In this document: piece by piece, positions 12,650-25,435 of the stretch | Layout: each line of letters begins with the position of its first letter | Numbering within the stretch: the stretch's first letter is position 1 | Notes under the pieces: model-generated | Told to the model about the DNA's origin: nothing | Database searches by the model: none | The model's input: the letters and a program-made list of their open reading frames with translations, nothing else | Position numbers and translations under genes: made by a program | Origin: Mobula hypostoma | Lineage: Eukaryota | Assembly (NCBI RefSeq): GCF_963921235.1 | Contig: NC_086108.1 | Span: forward strand, 4,898,001-4,962,000 | Length of the DNA: 64,000 nt | Direction of reading: 5' to 3'

Positions 12650-13470
12650 ATTCTCAAAGTATTGAGTACAGGAGGTGTGATGTTATGTTGAAGTTGAATA
12701 AGATGTTGGTGGGGCCTAATTTGGAGTATTACATGCAGTTTTGGCCACCTATCTGCAAGAAAGATGCACATAAGGTTGAAAAAGGCAGAGAAAATTTACA
12801 AGGATGTTGCAAAGTCTGGAGGATTTGAGTTATATGGAAAGATTGAACGGGTTAGGATTTTATTCCTTGGAACGTAGATTAGCCTGAGAGTGGTGAATCT
12901 GTGGAATCTGTTGCCAGAGGTAGTCATGGAGGCCAAGTTATTGGGTATATTTAAAGCAGAGGTTGATAGATTCTTGATTAGTCAGGGCATGAAGGGATAC
13001 AGGGAGGGAAAATGGATCAGCCATGATGAAATGAGGGGGAGAAGACTCGATGGGCCAAATGGCCTAATTCTGCTCCTATATTTTATGGCCTCATGGTCTA
13101 AGATTTGATAGAGGTATACAAAATTTGAGGGGTATAGACAGGGTAAATGCAAGCAGGCTTTTCCACTGAGGTTATGTAGGACTACAACCAGAGATCATCT
13201 GTTAAAAGTGAAAAGTTTAGAGGACATGAGGGGAAACTTCTTCACTCAGAGGGCGGTGAGAGTGTGGAACAAGCTGCCAGGGTAAGAGGTGCACACGAGC
13301 TCAATTTCAACTTTTAAGAGAGTTTTGGACAAGTACATGGATGGCCGAGGTATTGAGGGCTCTGATCCTGGTGCAGGTCAATGGGAGTAGGCAGTTTAAA
13401 TGGCTCAGCATGAACTAGATGGGCAGAAGGGCCTGTTTATGTGTTGTACTTTTCTGTGATTCTGTGACTC
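12650..13470 (+). mobile_element. CR1 LINE 3' fragments (one nested in another at ~12880-13100)
   Basis: LEYYMQFW and FFTQRAVRVWN-type motifs, CR1 3' UTR and microsatellite tail. Confidence 0.75.
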
Positions 13471-13799
13471 TAATCTCTTTTGTTTCGCTGTGAATTTTCT
13501 TCTCCAAAGACTTATCCCTTTTTCCGATGCTCTAACAGGCAACTCCTCACAGGCCAAAATGACTGCCGTCCTATCCCAGAGAACTTTTGCTTCTCAAGAG
13601 TAACTTTCAGAATCTCAGGATTTTCCTTAAGAATTTACAGTTGAAGTGTTGTGACTGATATAAAGGTAGAAAATACAAGAGCTGAACTGTGCACAAGAAG
13701 TTGCTAGAAGTCTGGAGTAATTCTCCAAATGCTGAAGGACCTCTGTGGTCAGGCAAGATCCAGCCTCTAGCATCAACTTTACTTGGCATACATGTACAT

Positions 13800-14196
13800 T
13801 GGGCGGCTGGGTGAAGATACGTCTCTACCAAAGGAGTTATAGGGTGCTGCTTCCCTCTGCCAGCCTGCAGGTCATCCTTGGGCCAGGTGTAGCACCCGCT
13901 TAGCCCTCTTCCCCCCCAATCAGGGTCGTATGAAGCCATGGGAGCGGGGGAGCGGGGTGGATGGTCATATAAGCAACTGGTGCATATCACAAGTCCTGGT
14001 TATGCGACCACTGATGACATGCATACCATCTCTGAAGAGTATTGATAATGGCTGGGGTCACCCGTCTTGTAATGACACTGCCCAGAAGAAGGCAATGGCA
14101 AACCACTTCTGCAGAAAGATTTGCCAAGAACAATCATGGTCGTGGAAAGACCATGCTTGCCCAATATCATCCGACAAGGCACACAATGATGATGAC
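13800..14196 (+). mobile_element. Non-autonomous repeat 'family B' (RTE-related)
   Basis: Contains gaaggcaatggcaaaccacttct (similar to the RTE/BovB motif) and a (gat)n tail. Other copies at 47015-47340(-), ~49710-49990, ~50770-50870 and ~24755-24830(-). Confidence 0.6.
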
Positions 14197-16304
14197 CATG
14201 TACATGCACACATATTAGGAATCAGCTGTGGTGTGTTGGTCGGGGCACGGCACGCAACAAAAACCAACATTCAACAATTATAGAGAATAAAGATGTATTT
14301 ATAAACAAGTTAGAGTATGGGTATGGAATAAAATGTGTATAAATACACATGTAATGACTGCTCAGCTGCCCCACATAATGCTGCCTGACCTACTGCCCCA
14401 TCATTCAGATGTTCCCACAACTAATGATCTCACTTTAAAGACTCTTATCACATTATCTCATGTTCTTGTTATTTATTGCTATTTATTTATATTTGAATTT
14501 AAACAATTTGTTGTCTTCTGCACTCTGGTTGATCTTTCACTAATCCTGTTATAGTTACGGTTCTATAGATGTGCTGAGTATGCCTGCAGGAAAATGAATC
14601 TCAGGGTTGTATGTGGTGACGTATATGTACTCTGACAATAACTTTTACTTTGAACTTTGTGTTCCTCCACCACCCAAGACGTGCCCTTTTCTCATTGTTA
14701 CCATCAGGGAGGAGGTACAGGAGCCTGAAGACATACACTCAGTGATTTAAGAACAGCTTCTTGCCCTCTGCCATCTGATTTCTGAATGGACATTGAACCC
14801 ATCAACACTACCACACTACTTTTTTGGGGGAATTTTGTACTATTTATATTAACTTAACTATTTAATAGACATATATACCGTACTTAATGGAATTCAGTTT
14901 TATTTCTCAATTTTATATATCATGTATTGCATTGTACTGTTGCCATTAAGTTAACAAATTTCACGACATATATGCCGGTGATATTAAACCTAATTCTGAT
15001 TCTTATTCTGATTATGATTTCGCATGTTGTTCAATATCCCACAAATAGATGATAATCATTGAAGATCATTCGTTTTTTGAGGTACTCAAGGAACACCTCA
15101 CAAAACTCTTGATGCGGTTCAGTTGGTGTGAACTTTCACTGATTCTATCAGGCTTATATGTACTTTAATAATAAAGTTACTTTGAACTTTGATCTTTTAA
15201 AACAGCTTGTTTCGCTTCAATAATGAAGTTAGAGTTACGGGGAAAATTCTACCTTCATTTGCTGCTGACTGTCCCGTGTATAAAAATCTACATATTTCTT
15301 TACCCAAACCACACACTCGTGTGTGAAATACTTAGCGGCGTGCTGCAGAAGCCACAAAACCCAACACTTTACGGTAAGGAGTCTGTGCATTCTCCACGTT
15401 TCTGCATGGTTTCCTTTGAGTGCTCCGGTTTCCTCCCACAGTGCAAAAGACATGGGTTAGGATTGGTAAATTGTGCACATGCTATGTTGGTGCCGGTAGC
15501 AGGGTGACACTTACAACCTGCAGTGATTGAAGATAGCCTGCCACTATCAGAAACAAGTTATCTCATGTGCTTGTGAGAATAGACTGAAGCTCAAGATTAA
15601 CCTGCATCTGAAACTAAATTCTGGAGGAACTCAGAAACATCCTCTCCACATTCACTATCAACGCCTTTCAACATTCGAGAGGTTTCAATGAGATCCTCCC
15701 TCATTCTTCTGAATTCCAATGAGTACAGGCCCAGAGCCATCAAAAATGTTCCTCATACGATAAGCCATTTATCCCAGAATCACTTTTGTGAGATTCCTTT
15801 GAACCCTTTCCAACATCAGGCCATCCTTTTACCCAAAACTGCTCACAATACTCCAAGTGATGCCTCACCATCCAGGCACAAGGTAACTCCAAAATATCGG
15901 ACAATTGAGATTTGGCATTCAGCTGCCACATGAACAAGTGGGAAAGCTGATTATAGGCTAATGTAGTCCTCTGGTAATTTCTGAGCAAATGAGATCCATG
16001 TTGTTTGAAGGTCATCATGAAACAATTTTCTTTAATTGCTGATCCTTATTATATCATTTGCATAGATACCTGCAGCAAGCTTTCTTTCTTTAGACTCAAG
16101 GGCAAAGTTTTAATTGAGCAAATTTTTTCAGTTACCAAGGGGATCAAATGTTCGTAATAATAACTAGATGTGGTAATGTGGTGCAGTTGTAAAGAAAAGA
16201 ATACCCACTTTCCCCTCTGGGATATTTTCAGCACAGGTTAATGAGATGAATGAGAAAAGACTAACACACTTCAGGAATCATTCTAAAATTAGCGAGCTAG
16301 GTTC

Positions 16305-17165
16305 CTTAACGTTGTCATAATTGGAGGAGGTAGTAGGGATAAGCTCCCATTATCCCCACTACCTTGGAGTGGCACGGTAGTGTAGCCATTAGCACAACGC
16401 TTTACAGTACAGGTGATCTGGGTTCAATTCCCACCATCGACTGTAAGGAGTTTGTACATTCTCCCTGTGAATAGATGAGTTTCCTCCCACAGTCCAAAGT
16501 CGCACTGATTGGTAGGTTCATTAGCCACTGTAAGTTGTCCTGTGATTAGGCTAGGGTTAAATCGGGGGAGCTCAAAGGACTGGAAGGGCATATTCCGTGC
16601 TGTATCTCAATAAATAAATAAATCTATCAAATCCTCGCAATAGTGTGTGCCTCAAATAGCCTCGGACAACCAAATCCAACTCCTGGCCTTCACATGTGGC
16701 TTAGCAACTAAGCCCAGCGGAACTGTTTCTACTGACAGGAGAAGGGGGCAAAGGCAGGTTACTAGCACCTTAAAACCAGTCACTTTTGGGCAGATGGGGC
16801 TCGTCAGTCATGGTTGGCAGCTCATCTAGAAGGAAAACTCTAATCTCAAATGTCCATTGCCTTTTGGCTATATCCACTTTTGGGGAAGGTTCCTGGAGTA
16901 AACCCAGAGGGAAAAATCCGGAGCTGGAAACTGTAAGGGAGTTCTACGTTGAGCTCAACACTGACTGGCAACTCCTACGATGCCACTAATGCCAAACTGT
17001 TTTGGTCTGTGCCGTTCCTTTGGGTTCATCAGCTGCGTGGAGAGGAGGAGCTTACTATATGGGCAACAGCTTGCTCTCCATATTGAACTGCCCTGGCTTG
17101 CTACCTATCTGGACAGTTAGGACACAAATTCCATGGCTAACCCTGACCAACAGAGAGCCTCAGAA
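16305..17165 (+). mobile_element. Family A repeat interrupted by a V-SINE (~16370-16625)
   Basis: The family A 5' segment (gttgtcata...gggataagctccc) lies before the SINE and the remainder (aaatagcctc...) resumes after its aataaataaa tail. Confidence 0.7.
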
Positions 17166-17602
17166 GATGTTTGTCATCAAATTGAACACAAAGTTTTCCA
17201 TTTTAACTGTTCTACAAAGGATTCCATCCATATACCATCTCTAAATTTATATTTCATTCGGTTTACAGAAAGAGGATGTCACTGGCATAGCCAAGCATTT
17301 ACTGCACATTCTTTAAATGCCCCAAACTCTGCGTTCATCTGGGTTATTTCAGAGAGCAGCTGAGGCTCAACTTGAGGATCTACAAGTCAGCTGCAGAGTT
17401 GGGACGAAAACCATAGCTTGCTTGAAAGATTATTGTTAGCTTTAATTGTCACATGTGCATCAAAACATGTGTCGTTTGCATCAATGGCCAACAGTCCAAG
17501 CATGTACTGGGGGTAGCCCGCAAGTGTCATCACACTTCCACGCCAACAACTTACTAACCTTAACCCGTACATCTTTGGAACGTGGACAGAAACACCTAGA
17601 TA

Positions 17603-17683
17603 CAGGCGTTCCAAACCTGGGGTCCATGGACCCCTTACTCAATGGTATTGGTACATGGCACAAAAAAAGGTTGGGAACCCCCG
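17603..17683. mobile_element. hAT (Charlie-like) MITE
   Basis: Same family as 2594-2673 (caggcgttccaaacc...ggttgggaacccccg). Confidence 0.7.
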
Positions 17684-17774
17684 ACCTTAGATGTCTGGAT
17701 GTCAGGTGTCGGATTTCCGGGAGACTACCAGCCTCCCCGATGGCCACCTCTGCACCAGGTGGATCAAGGTGGGA

Positions 17775-19050
17775 ACTGGAGCTGTACCTCAAAGACCTTA
17801 TTAGGGAAAGTGAAGCAGTGATAGACAGGAACTACAAGGAGGTAGTCACTCCATGGCTACGGGAGACAGATAAGTGGGTGACTGTCAGGAGAGGGAAGGG
17901 AGAATGTCAGATAGTGGAGAGCACCCCTGTGGCAATCCCCCTCAACAATAAATACTCCATTTTGAGTACTGTTGGTGGTGGGGAGGATGACCTACCTGGG
18001 GGAAGCATCAGTGGCTGTGTTTCTGGCACTAAGTCTGGCCCTGTGGCTCAAAAGGGCAGAGAACTGAAGAGGGGACTCTATAGTTAAGGGAACAGATAGG
18101 TGATTCTGTGGACTCAAAAAATAAACAAGGATGCTAGTTTGCCTCCTCCAGGGTCCACAATGTTTCTGAAAAGGAATGTCACAATATCCACAATATCCTG
18201 AAAAGGAAGGGTGAGCAGCCAGAAGTCGTGGTGCATATTGGTACCAATGACATGGGGAGGAGGTCCTGAAAACAGAAAACAGGGAGTTAGAAAGGAAGCT
18301 GAGAAGCAGGACATCAAGGGTAGTAATCTTGGATTGCCGCCTGTGCCATGTGACAGTGAGGACAGGAATTGAATGAGGTAGCGGATAAATGCGTGACTGA
18401 AGAATTGGAGCAGGGGGCAGGGATTCAGATTTCTTAATCATTGGGTCCTCTTCTGTGGCAGGACCTGTACAAAAGGGACAGGTTGCACTTGAATCCAAGA
18501 GGATATACTTTGTACTAAAAGGACAGACAGGAGGGCAGAGGCAGTGGTGTGGCTCTGTTGGTAACAGGTGGAATTACATCTTTAGAAAGAGGCGACAGGG
18601 TCAGAGAATGTTGAATCTCGTGGGTGGAGTTCAGAAATTCCAAGGATAAAAAAAACATTATGGGAATCATACGTATATAGTTTCCAAGTAGTAGCCAAGA
18701 TGTGGAGATGAGATTGCAAAAGGAGCTGAAAAGGGCATGTAATAAGGGCAATGTCACAATTATAATGGGGGGCTTTAATATACAAGGGGTTGGGAAAATC
18801 AGGTGGGTGTCAGATCACAAGTGAGGAAATTTGTTGGATGCCTACAAAATGGCTTTTTAGAGCAGCTTATGCTTGAGCCTACATGGGGAAAGGCTATCTT
18901 AGATCTGGTGGTGTGTAGTAACCCAGATTTCATTAGTCCACTTAACGTAAAGGAACCCTTAGGAGGCAGTGATCATCATATGATTGAATTCATATTGCAG
19001 TTTGAGAGAATGAAACATAAGTCACACGTGTCAGTATCGCAATGGAATAA
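17775..19050 (+). mobile_element. Degenerate CR1 LINE ORF1 plus the start of ORF2 (APE endonuclease)
   Basis: ESEAVIDRNYKEVVTP...KWVTVRRGKG...PLNNKYS matches ORF1 at 38196. EPTWGKAILDLV...GGSDHHMIEF is an APE motif. Confidence 0.85.
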
Positions 19051-19053
19051 AAG

Positions 19054-19246
19054 ACTTTTCGGGCCAAGACCCTTCTCCAGAAGGTGTCTTCTGCTCCCTT
19101 CGTCTCCAGTCCTGAAGAGGGGTCACGGCCTGAAACGTCAACTGTTTATTTCCCTCCATAGATGCTGCCTGACCTGCTAAGTTCCTCCAGCATTTTGTGT
19201 GTGTGTTACACTGGATTTCCAGCATCTGCAGAATCTGATGTGTTTA
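19054..19246. mobile_element. Penelope-like inverted pLTR with hammerhead motif
   Basis: cagtc-CTGAAGA-gggggtcacggcct-GAAA-cGTC-aactg at ~19107-19144, preceded by a short inverted copy. Confidence 0.75.
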
Positions 19247-19774
19247 GTGAACTTAAACGTTGACGGAGCACTGTTGAACTGTGTTAATATAGACAATTAG
19301 CTTTCACAAACTGTAAAGAGAAATACTCAGATAATTGTGTTTAACTGATGTTGATAGTGATAAAACACACTGATCCAGTAATGCCTTCCTTAAAATAGTA
19401 GATCTGTTTATCCACTTTAATAATAAATTTACTTTGAACTTTGTAGGATGATACACACCACTCCAACAGAAGAAAACTGCACCCGCGGAAAGGAGGCAAA
19501 TTTGCGCGAAAATGAGATGTGTGGCTCGTACTGCTGAACAACCTGCATCACAAGATCACATTTAATTTACAAAGAGCAGTCAGCACTAAGCAGAATGATT
19601 TGTGTGATTGACCTCTTTCAAAGTTTCTACTCATTGAGTGAGATCAGAGTGACTTCAAGGCAGCAGATACAAAGCGACAGAACTGGCTCACTCTGGGCTC
19701 CCATCGTGCATTAATAAACAGCAGGTGTTGGCCAGAAAGAACTAGTTTACAAATTAGTGAATCTGAATGAATCA

Positions 19775-21032
19775 GAGAAGGTAAGACAAGGGAACACAAA
19801 CCAATCCTCATAGAGGAATCAGAAGTGGAGAGAGTGAGCAATTTCAGTTCCTGGGTGTCAGTATCTCTGAGGATCTAGCCTGGTCCCATCATATTGATGA
19901 AGCTATAAATCAGGCATGACAGTGGCTATATTTCATTAGGATTTTGAGGAGATTTGGTTAGTCAACTAAGACACTTGAATACTACAGATGTACCGTGGAA
20001 TACATCTTTTCGCCATTAAAGTAAGAAATGCAATCATTCTACGGGCTGAAGGGGAAAGATTACTAGAAATTTTAGGTAGTCCAAAGATAGCAGTAATAGG
20101 GTGAGGAGAGATATCTATATTTAATACCTTAGAAATAATATTGAAAATATCTCTCCAAAAAGTTTCCAAAGTAGGGCAAGACCAAAACATTGTTTTTTTT
20201 TCACTGTTTTAATGGAGGTCGGGATTGAGGACGTGATTTTAAGTTTAACTCTGTTTGGTTTCAAGTTAGCCCATTGCTTTGCTTTGCTTTTAGTTAGTTG
20301 CACGGTGGGTTTTTTTTTCTTTTTTTTTTCCATTGATATATATAAAATCTAGTATACTATTATGTTATCTTGCTTTCTTATGCTTAAATTACATTGTTTG
20401 TAGTATTTTCTTTTTGGTATTGTTATCTTTTGGAATTTTATTATACTTTAACATTGTATTAATGTTTATATGGCTTACCTTTTTTGTATACTTACTCAAT
20501 AAAAAGATTTAAAAAGAAAAGAAAGATGTACCGTGGAGAGCACTCTGTCTGATTCCATCACAGTCTGGTAATGGGGTGGCGGGGGGGGGGAACTGCACAA
20601 GGTCGAAGCAAGCTGCAGAAAGTTGTACACTCAGTCAGCTCCATCATGTGTACTAGCCTCATTATCTAGTACATCTTCAAAGAGCAGTGCCTCAGGAAAG
20701 TGGTGTCCATCATTAAAGACCCTCATCACTCAGGCTGTGCTCTCTTCTCATTGTACCATCAGGAAGGAAGTTCAGGAACCTGAAAGCACACACTCAGCCA
20801 TTCAGGAACGGCTTCTTCCCAGCTGCCATCTGATTTCTAAATGGACACTGAATCCATGAACACTACCTCAATATTTTTTTACTTTTTTTTGCATTATTTC
20901 AACTTAACATACATATACACTTACTGTAATTCAGCTTTTTCTATATTATCATGCATTGCATTGTACTGCTTCCACAAAGTTAACAAATTTCACAACAGAT
21001 GCTGGTGGTATTGAACCTGATTCTGATTCTGA
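19775..21032 (+). mobile_element. Rex1/Babar-like LINE 3' fragment interrupted by an L1 insertion
   Basis: Collinear with the uninterrupted copy at 28245-28730 once 20000-20537 is removed. Confidence 0.8.
20000..20523 (+). mobile_element. 5'-truncated, 5'-inverted L1-clade insertion
   Basis: 14-bp TSD agatgtaccgtgga (19986-19999, 20524-20537). Minus-strand ORF2 piece MFWSCPTLETFW..., then a plus-strand T-rich 3' UTR, AATAAA and an A-rich tail. Confidence 0.85.
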
Positions 21033-21072
21033 TCAAGGACAGTGGAAGTAGAAAAACTAATTGTTTTTGTTT

Positions 21073-21784
21073 GTGCCAGGGGGTTGAAGAAATGGAGGCT
21101 GCCATTTTGTGAAGCTGCTCTGCATCCTTCATTTTGTGAACGAGAGTTGCTTGGTGTGATTGGTGTTTTAAAGTAGACACAATGATGTTCCAGGTAATCT
21201 GCTGGACTAGACATAATTTCCAAATAAGAATTTATTTGTGAGGTGTTTGTGAATTAGATATAACATGTAGGTTTGTGAATGGTGGAGGTCTGTGTCTGCC
21301 CCAATTGATTCGAGATGGCTACTGGTTTGGTTACTGATTTAGAACAAAGAGCCATAAAATTACCAGATGTCACTCGCAGAAGAAGGGCAACAAATGGATG
21401 CTGGTTTGGATTGGAGCCAATAAGAAGGTGTTAAAGGTCAGTCAGATGACCCATAGCCAATGACACCGAAATGCAACATTTGAACTGATAAGGAAGAAAT
21501 ATAATAGCAGACTTTTGAAGAAAAAAGAGCGATAGCATCAAAGATTAACCATTACAGATACAAGTGTGAGCACCCCTACGTGGAACACGTAGAGAGTGTA
21601 TTGGGACTACGAGGTATGCCAGGCCAGTGTGGACACCTTTCCTTGGGTATTACCTATTGCTTCAGTCATTCACGAAAATATTTGGTTTCTTGAAAAGTTG
21701 TGTGTTCACAGTTGTGACCAGCACATTAAAGGGGCTTAGATTGAGAAACAAGTGAAAATTTCTGTATCTTTGCACTCCCACACC
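21073..21784 (+). mobile_element. Possible solo LTR
   Basis: TG...CA-bounded segment, unique in this window, with gccatttt, several CCAAT boxes and attaaa near the 3' end. No TSD found. Confidence 0.3.
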
Positions 21785-21819
21785 AGAGCCTTTAATGCAG
21801 GTTTAATTCATGAATATTC

Positions 21820-22370
21820 CTTAAGGTTGTTATAGCCAGGGGTAAGAACTGGGATAAGCTCCCTCTACCTAGTAAGTGCTCCTAGTGCCATGCATCTCAA
21901 ATAGCCTCTGATGACCAAGTGCAGATCCTGGGCTTCATGTGTGGCTTTGCTACTAAGCCCAGCGAAACAGTTTCTATTGACAGGAGAAAGGGCAAAGATG
22001 GGTTACTGGAACCTTAAGACCAGTCGTTTGGGCAGATGGGGCTTGTCAGCCATGGTTGACAGCTCATCTAGGAGAAGGAAAACTCTGCTGTCTTGTGGCT
22101 ATATCCACTCATGGGGAAGGCTTCAGGAGTAAATCCTGAGGGCAAAACCTGGAGCTGGAGATGCTAAGACAGTCCTATGTTCGGTTAAGCACTGACTGAC
22201 AACTCCTGCGACATTAATGGTGCCAAAATGTATCAGTCTCCACAATTCCTTTGGGTTCATCAGCTGCGTGTAGAGGGGAAGCTTGTTACATAGGGAACTG
22301 CTTGCTCTCCATATCGTACTGCCCTGGCTGGCTTGTGATTCTAGACAGCTAGAATGCAAGACTGACCAGC
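21820..22370 (+). mobile_element. Family A repeat, near-complete copy
   Basis: Collinear with 1-527 and 16305-17165. Confidence 0.7.
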
Positions 22371-22849
22371 CGGTTCCTCCCCTACCCAGTGCATGAGGAT
22401 CATCACTTTGTTGTAGTGCAGAGACTTGTTAGTTCCTGAGATCCCAACAGCGAAGCTGTCTGAGGTTTATCCATCTGTCACTTAGCTCCTGGTAGAGATG
22501 CCCACGGCAGTAAGGTCAAGGGGGTGGTCCCAGACAAAGGGCGATACAACTAAGACCTCAACGGTGGAGCTGGCGTAAGAAGCGGCAGCAGTGAAGCTTG
22601 AACTCCAGGCCACTGCACCCTGACCCAGTCATCTTGCACCCCATGCCATTGCATCCTGACCCCGATCTGTCAAGGACCGAGTGGTGGCTGCCCGTGCATC
22701 AGCCTCCCCATGCTAAACAAAGTCACACACAGGCATTCTCCATTAAGGGAATTTACCTAACATCACAGTTACGTGGACCCTGCATCAGCTTCTACTGCCA
22801 TCAATAGACAATCCCTTAGGAGAACATCACACACGACCTGAGTGACCCT

Positions 22850-24065
22850 CCTGGCTTCACCTATCACCATTTAGCTGTTCTCCTTCCCCCTTTAATTCTG
22901 GTATCTTTCCCCTTCCTTTCCAGTCTTGATGAAGAGTCATGGCCCGAAATATCAACTGTTTATTCATTTCCATAGATGCTACCTGACCTGCTGAGTTCCT
23001 CCAACAATTTGTGTGTTACTGCGGATTCCAGCATCTGCAGATATTCTCCTGTTTAATCTATTTTGAAGTCCGTATGTCCATGTATTATGAAACAATAAGA
23101 TGAAATCAATTGAACTCCAGTGTATGAAGTAATATTGGCTTTACCGTGAAACCTTTCTGCTCAAGTTGAGTGGGTGATAGGATGGAAAAGATGAAGAAAG
23201 ATGTACTCCTGGGAAAAACATTAATATCTTCCCAAGGAGACTCCTTCTGTCTTTTCATACTAAACAGAGCTATCAGTGCAATCAACAAGCTTCATTAATA
23301 CCACTGGAGGAAAGAAATTAGAGCATCAAGTACTAAAATTATATCCCATCAACATTCCATTGGGACCAGTTCGAGAACACAAAAGCACATTTTTAAAATG
23401 AGTGCTTCAATTAACATGTTGCTAGACAGAATGACAGGTTATAAATACGAGAGACTGTAGATGCTGGAAATCCAAAGCAACACACACAAAGAATGCTGGG
23501 GGGACTCAGCAGGTCAGGCATCATCTATGAAAATCAATAAGTAGTCAATGTTTCAGGTTGAGACCCTTCTTCAGGACTGGAAAGGAACAGAGAAGAAAGG
23601 GGTGGGGGGTGGGGAAGAAGTTAGCTAGAAGGTAATAGGTGAATCCAAGTGGGTGGGAGAGGTCAAGGGCTGGGGATGAAGGAATCTGATGAGAGAAGAG
23701 TGGACCGTAGGAAAAAGGGAAGAAGGAGGGGACCCAGGGTGATGTGATAGGCAGGTGAGAAGAAGTAAGAGGCTAGAGTGGGGAATAGACTGAAAATTAA
23801 ACTGGAAAAAAAATCATAATTCATGCCATCAGGTTGGAGGCTACCCAGATGAAATACAAGATATTGCTCCTCCACCCTGAGTGTGGCCTGATCGTGTCAC
23901 AAGAGGAGGCTATGGACCGACAAGTCAGAACGGGAATAGGAATCAGAATTAGAATGCTTGGCCCCCTCCCTTCTCAGGCCTGAGGGTCATGGCCCAAAAT
24001 GTCGAACATACATTCATTTCCATTCATTACCTGACCTGCTGAGTTCCTCCAGCATTTTGTGTGTA
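22850..24065. mobile_element. Penelope-like fragments (22850-23055 on +; 23440-23965 on -, followed by an inverted + pLTR to 24065)
   Basis: pLTR motifs with degenerate hammerheads. ORF 23663-23875 EEQYLVFHLGSLQPDGMN resembles the C-terminus of a GIY-YIG endonuclease. Confidence 0.75.
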
Positions 24066-24994
24066 TGTGGCAAAAGAAATAGGATAGAATTTATGGAAAA
24101 AATATATATTAACTGACAAAGACTGCCTGACAGTCAGCATGCAAAAGAAGACAGGTTGTACAAATGAAAATAATACAGAGAACATGAGTTGTAAAGAGTG
24201 CTTGAAGGTGAGGCTAAAGAAGCACCAGCAGTAATATAATGAATTTTGTTACTCTGCTATCTGCCAGATCAAAAGTCAGATTCCCTTCAGAGATCCAGGG
24301 AAAAAAAAAGGAGGGTCTGAGATGGGACCATGTGAAGGTGAGCATAAAAAGTAATGAAAATTGTCTTCTCTACGAGTGCAAGAGGAATATGATTGTTATG
24401 TACAAGTAAGAGAATTCAGAATTTTCTCCTTAGATCTCTCTGGCAGGCTACAGCTCCCTTTCAGAATCCCTGTATAAAACCTGTCCCTTTGAGCAGCCTT
24501 TGAATTATTTATCTCTCTCGCTCAGTGCCAAACATGACTTTATTAGTAACACCTTAAGTGCCTCAGGGTCTTCGCAACGTCGTTGTTAACCCGCCAACCA
24601 ACCACCAGCATGTTCTGCTTCAAGTGAGACGTCACCCACGAAAAGGGAGAAGTGTGCTGCTTCATTATCACTTTTTGAGGAATCTTCTGAGATCGTCCAA
24701 ACTGAGAGGATAAACTTGTACCACGGATTACCGTGACTTTCAATACATTATTATTATTTGCTGTGTTATATGACTTGGGCGATCATGGTCTCATGACCAT
24801 GATTGTCCTGGCAAATTTTTCTCTACATTTTACTTTGTCTTTTATTGCTTACTGCTCTTCATAGTAATTTTTTAGAAATTTAAAAACCTCATTTCATTAC
24901 TTTTGAAAGCATCTTCGCTATACAGAACTTTTTTCACGCGTGCCTAGGACTTTTGCACAGTACTGTTTTCATATCAATGTATTAAGCAAACCAA

Positions 24995-25435
24995 GTGACA
25001 AGATGGTAGGTGGTGTCCGAGGACCACAGTCTCCACAAGGTAGTGGTTTGTCATAAATCGGGAAATAAAACCCCAGAAACAGGTACTTATGCTGGTAGAG
25101 CAGAGCCAGAGACAGGGGTGGAGGGCACGGTGCGAGCCTGCAGAGATGGGGTGTACAAGTTTTGCTGGCTGCTTGCTCTGCAAAACCTACTCTCTCCTTG
25201 TCATCACAGGGGGCTGCAAAGAAAAGAGCCACCAGGACCGTCACAGAGGCTGCTAAGTGAGCCTCCAGATGCCTATGGATCAAGAGGTGTGACCCATGGA
25301 CTAATGCTGCTGGGACATAAGCCCGATCTGATGAACCCTGGCTGGGTTACCTGGGAGATATTGAAACACCAGGTGACTCCAGATTGCATCACTGATGATG
25401 TGTCCCAGCACATCCTAGGATGTATCTCAGCATCA
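24995..25435 (+). mobile_element. 3' fragment of an RLE-type (HERO-like) retrotransposon, second copy
   Basis: Collinear with 2860-3360. Confidence 0.7.

Noticed and set aside
16679..16742. HDV-like ribozyme in the family A 5' region (ctcctg-gcc-ttcacatgt-ggc...ctga-caggag)
   Set aside because: P2, P3, L3 and J4/2-like pieces are suggestive, but I could not assign P1 or P1.1 and the putative catalytic C varies among copies.
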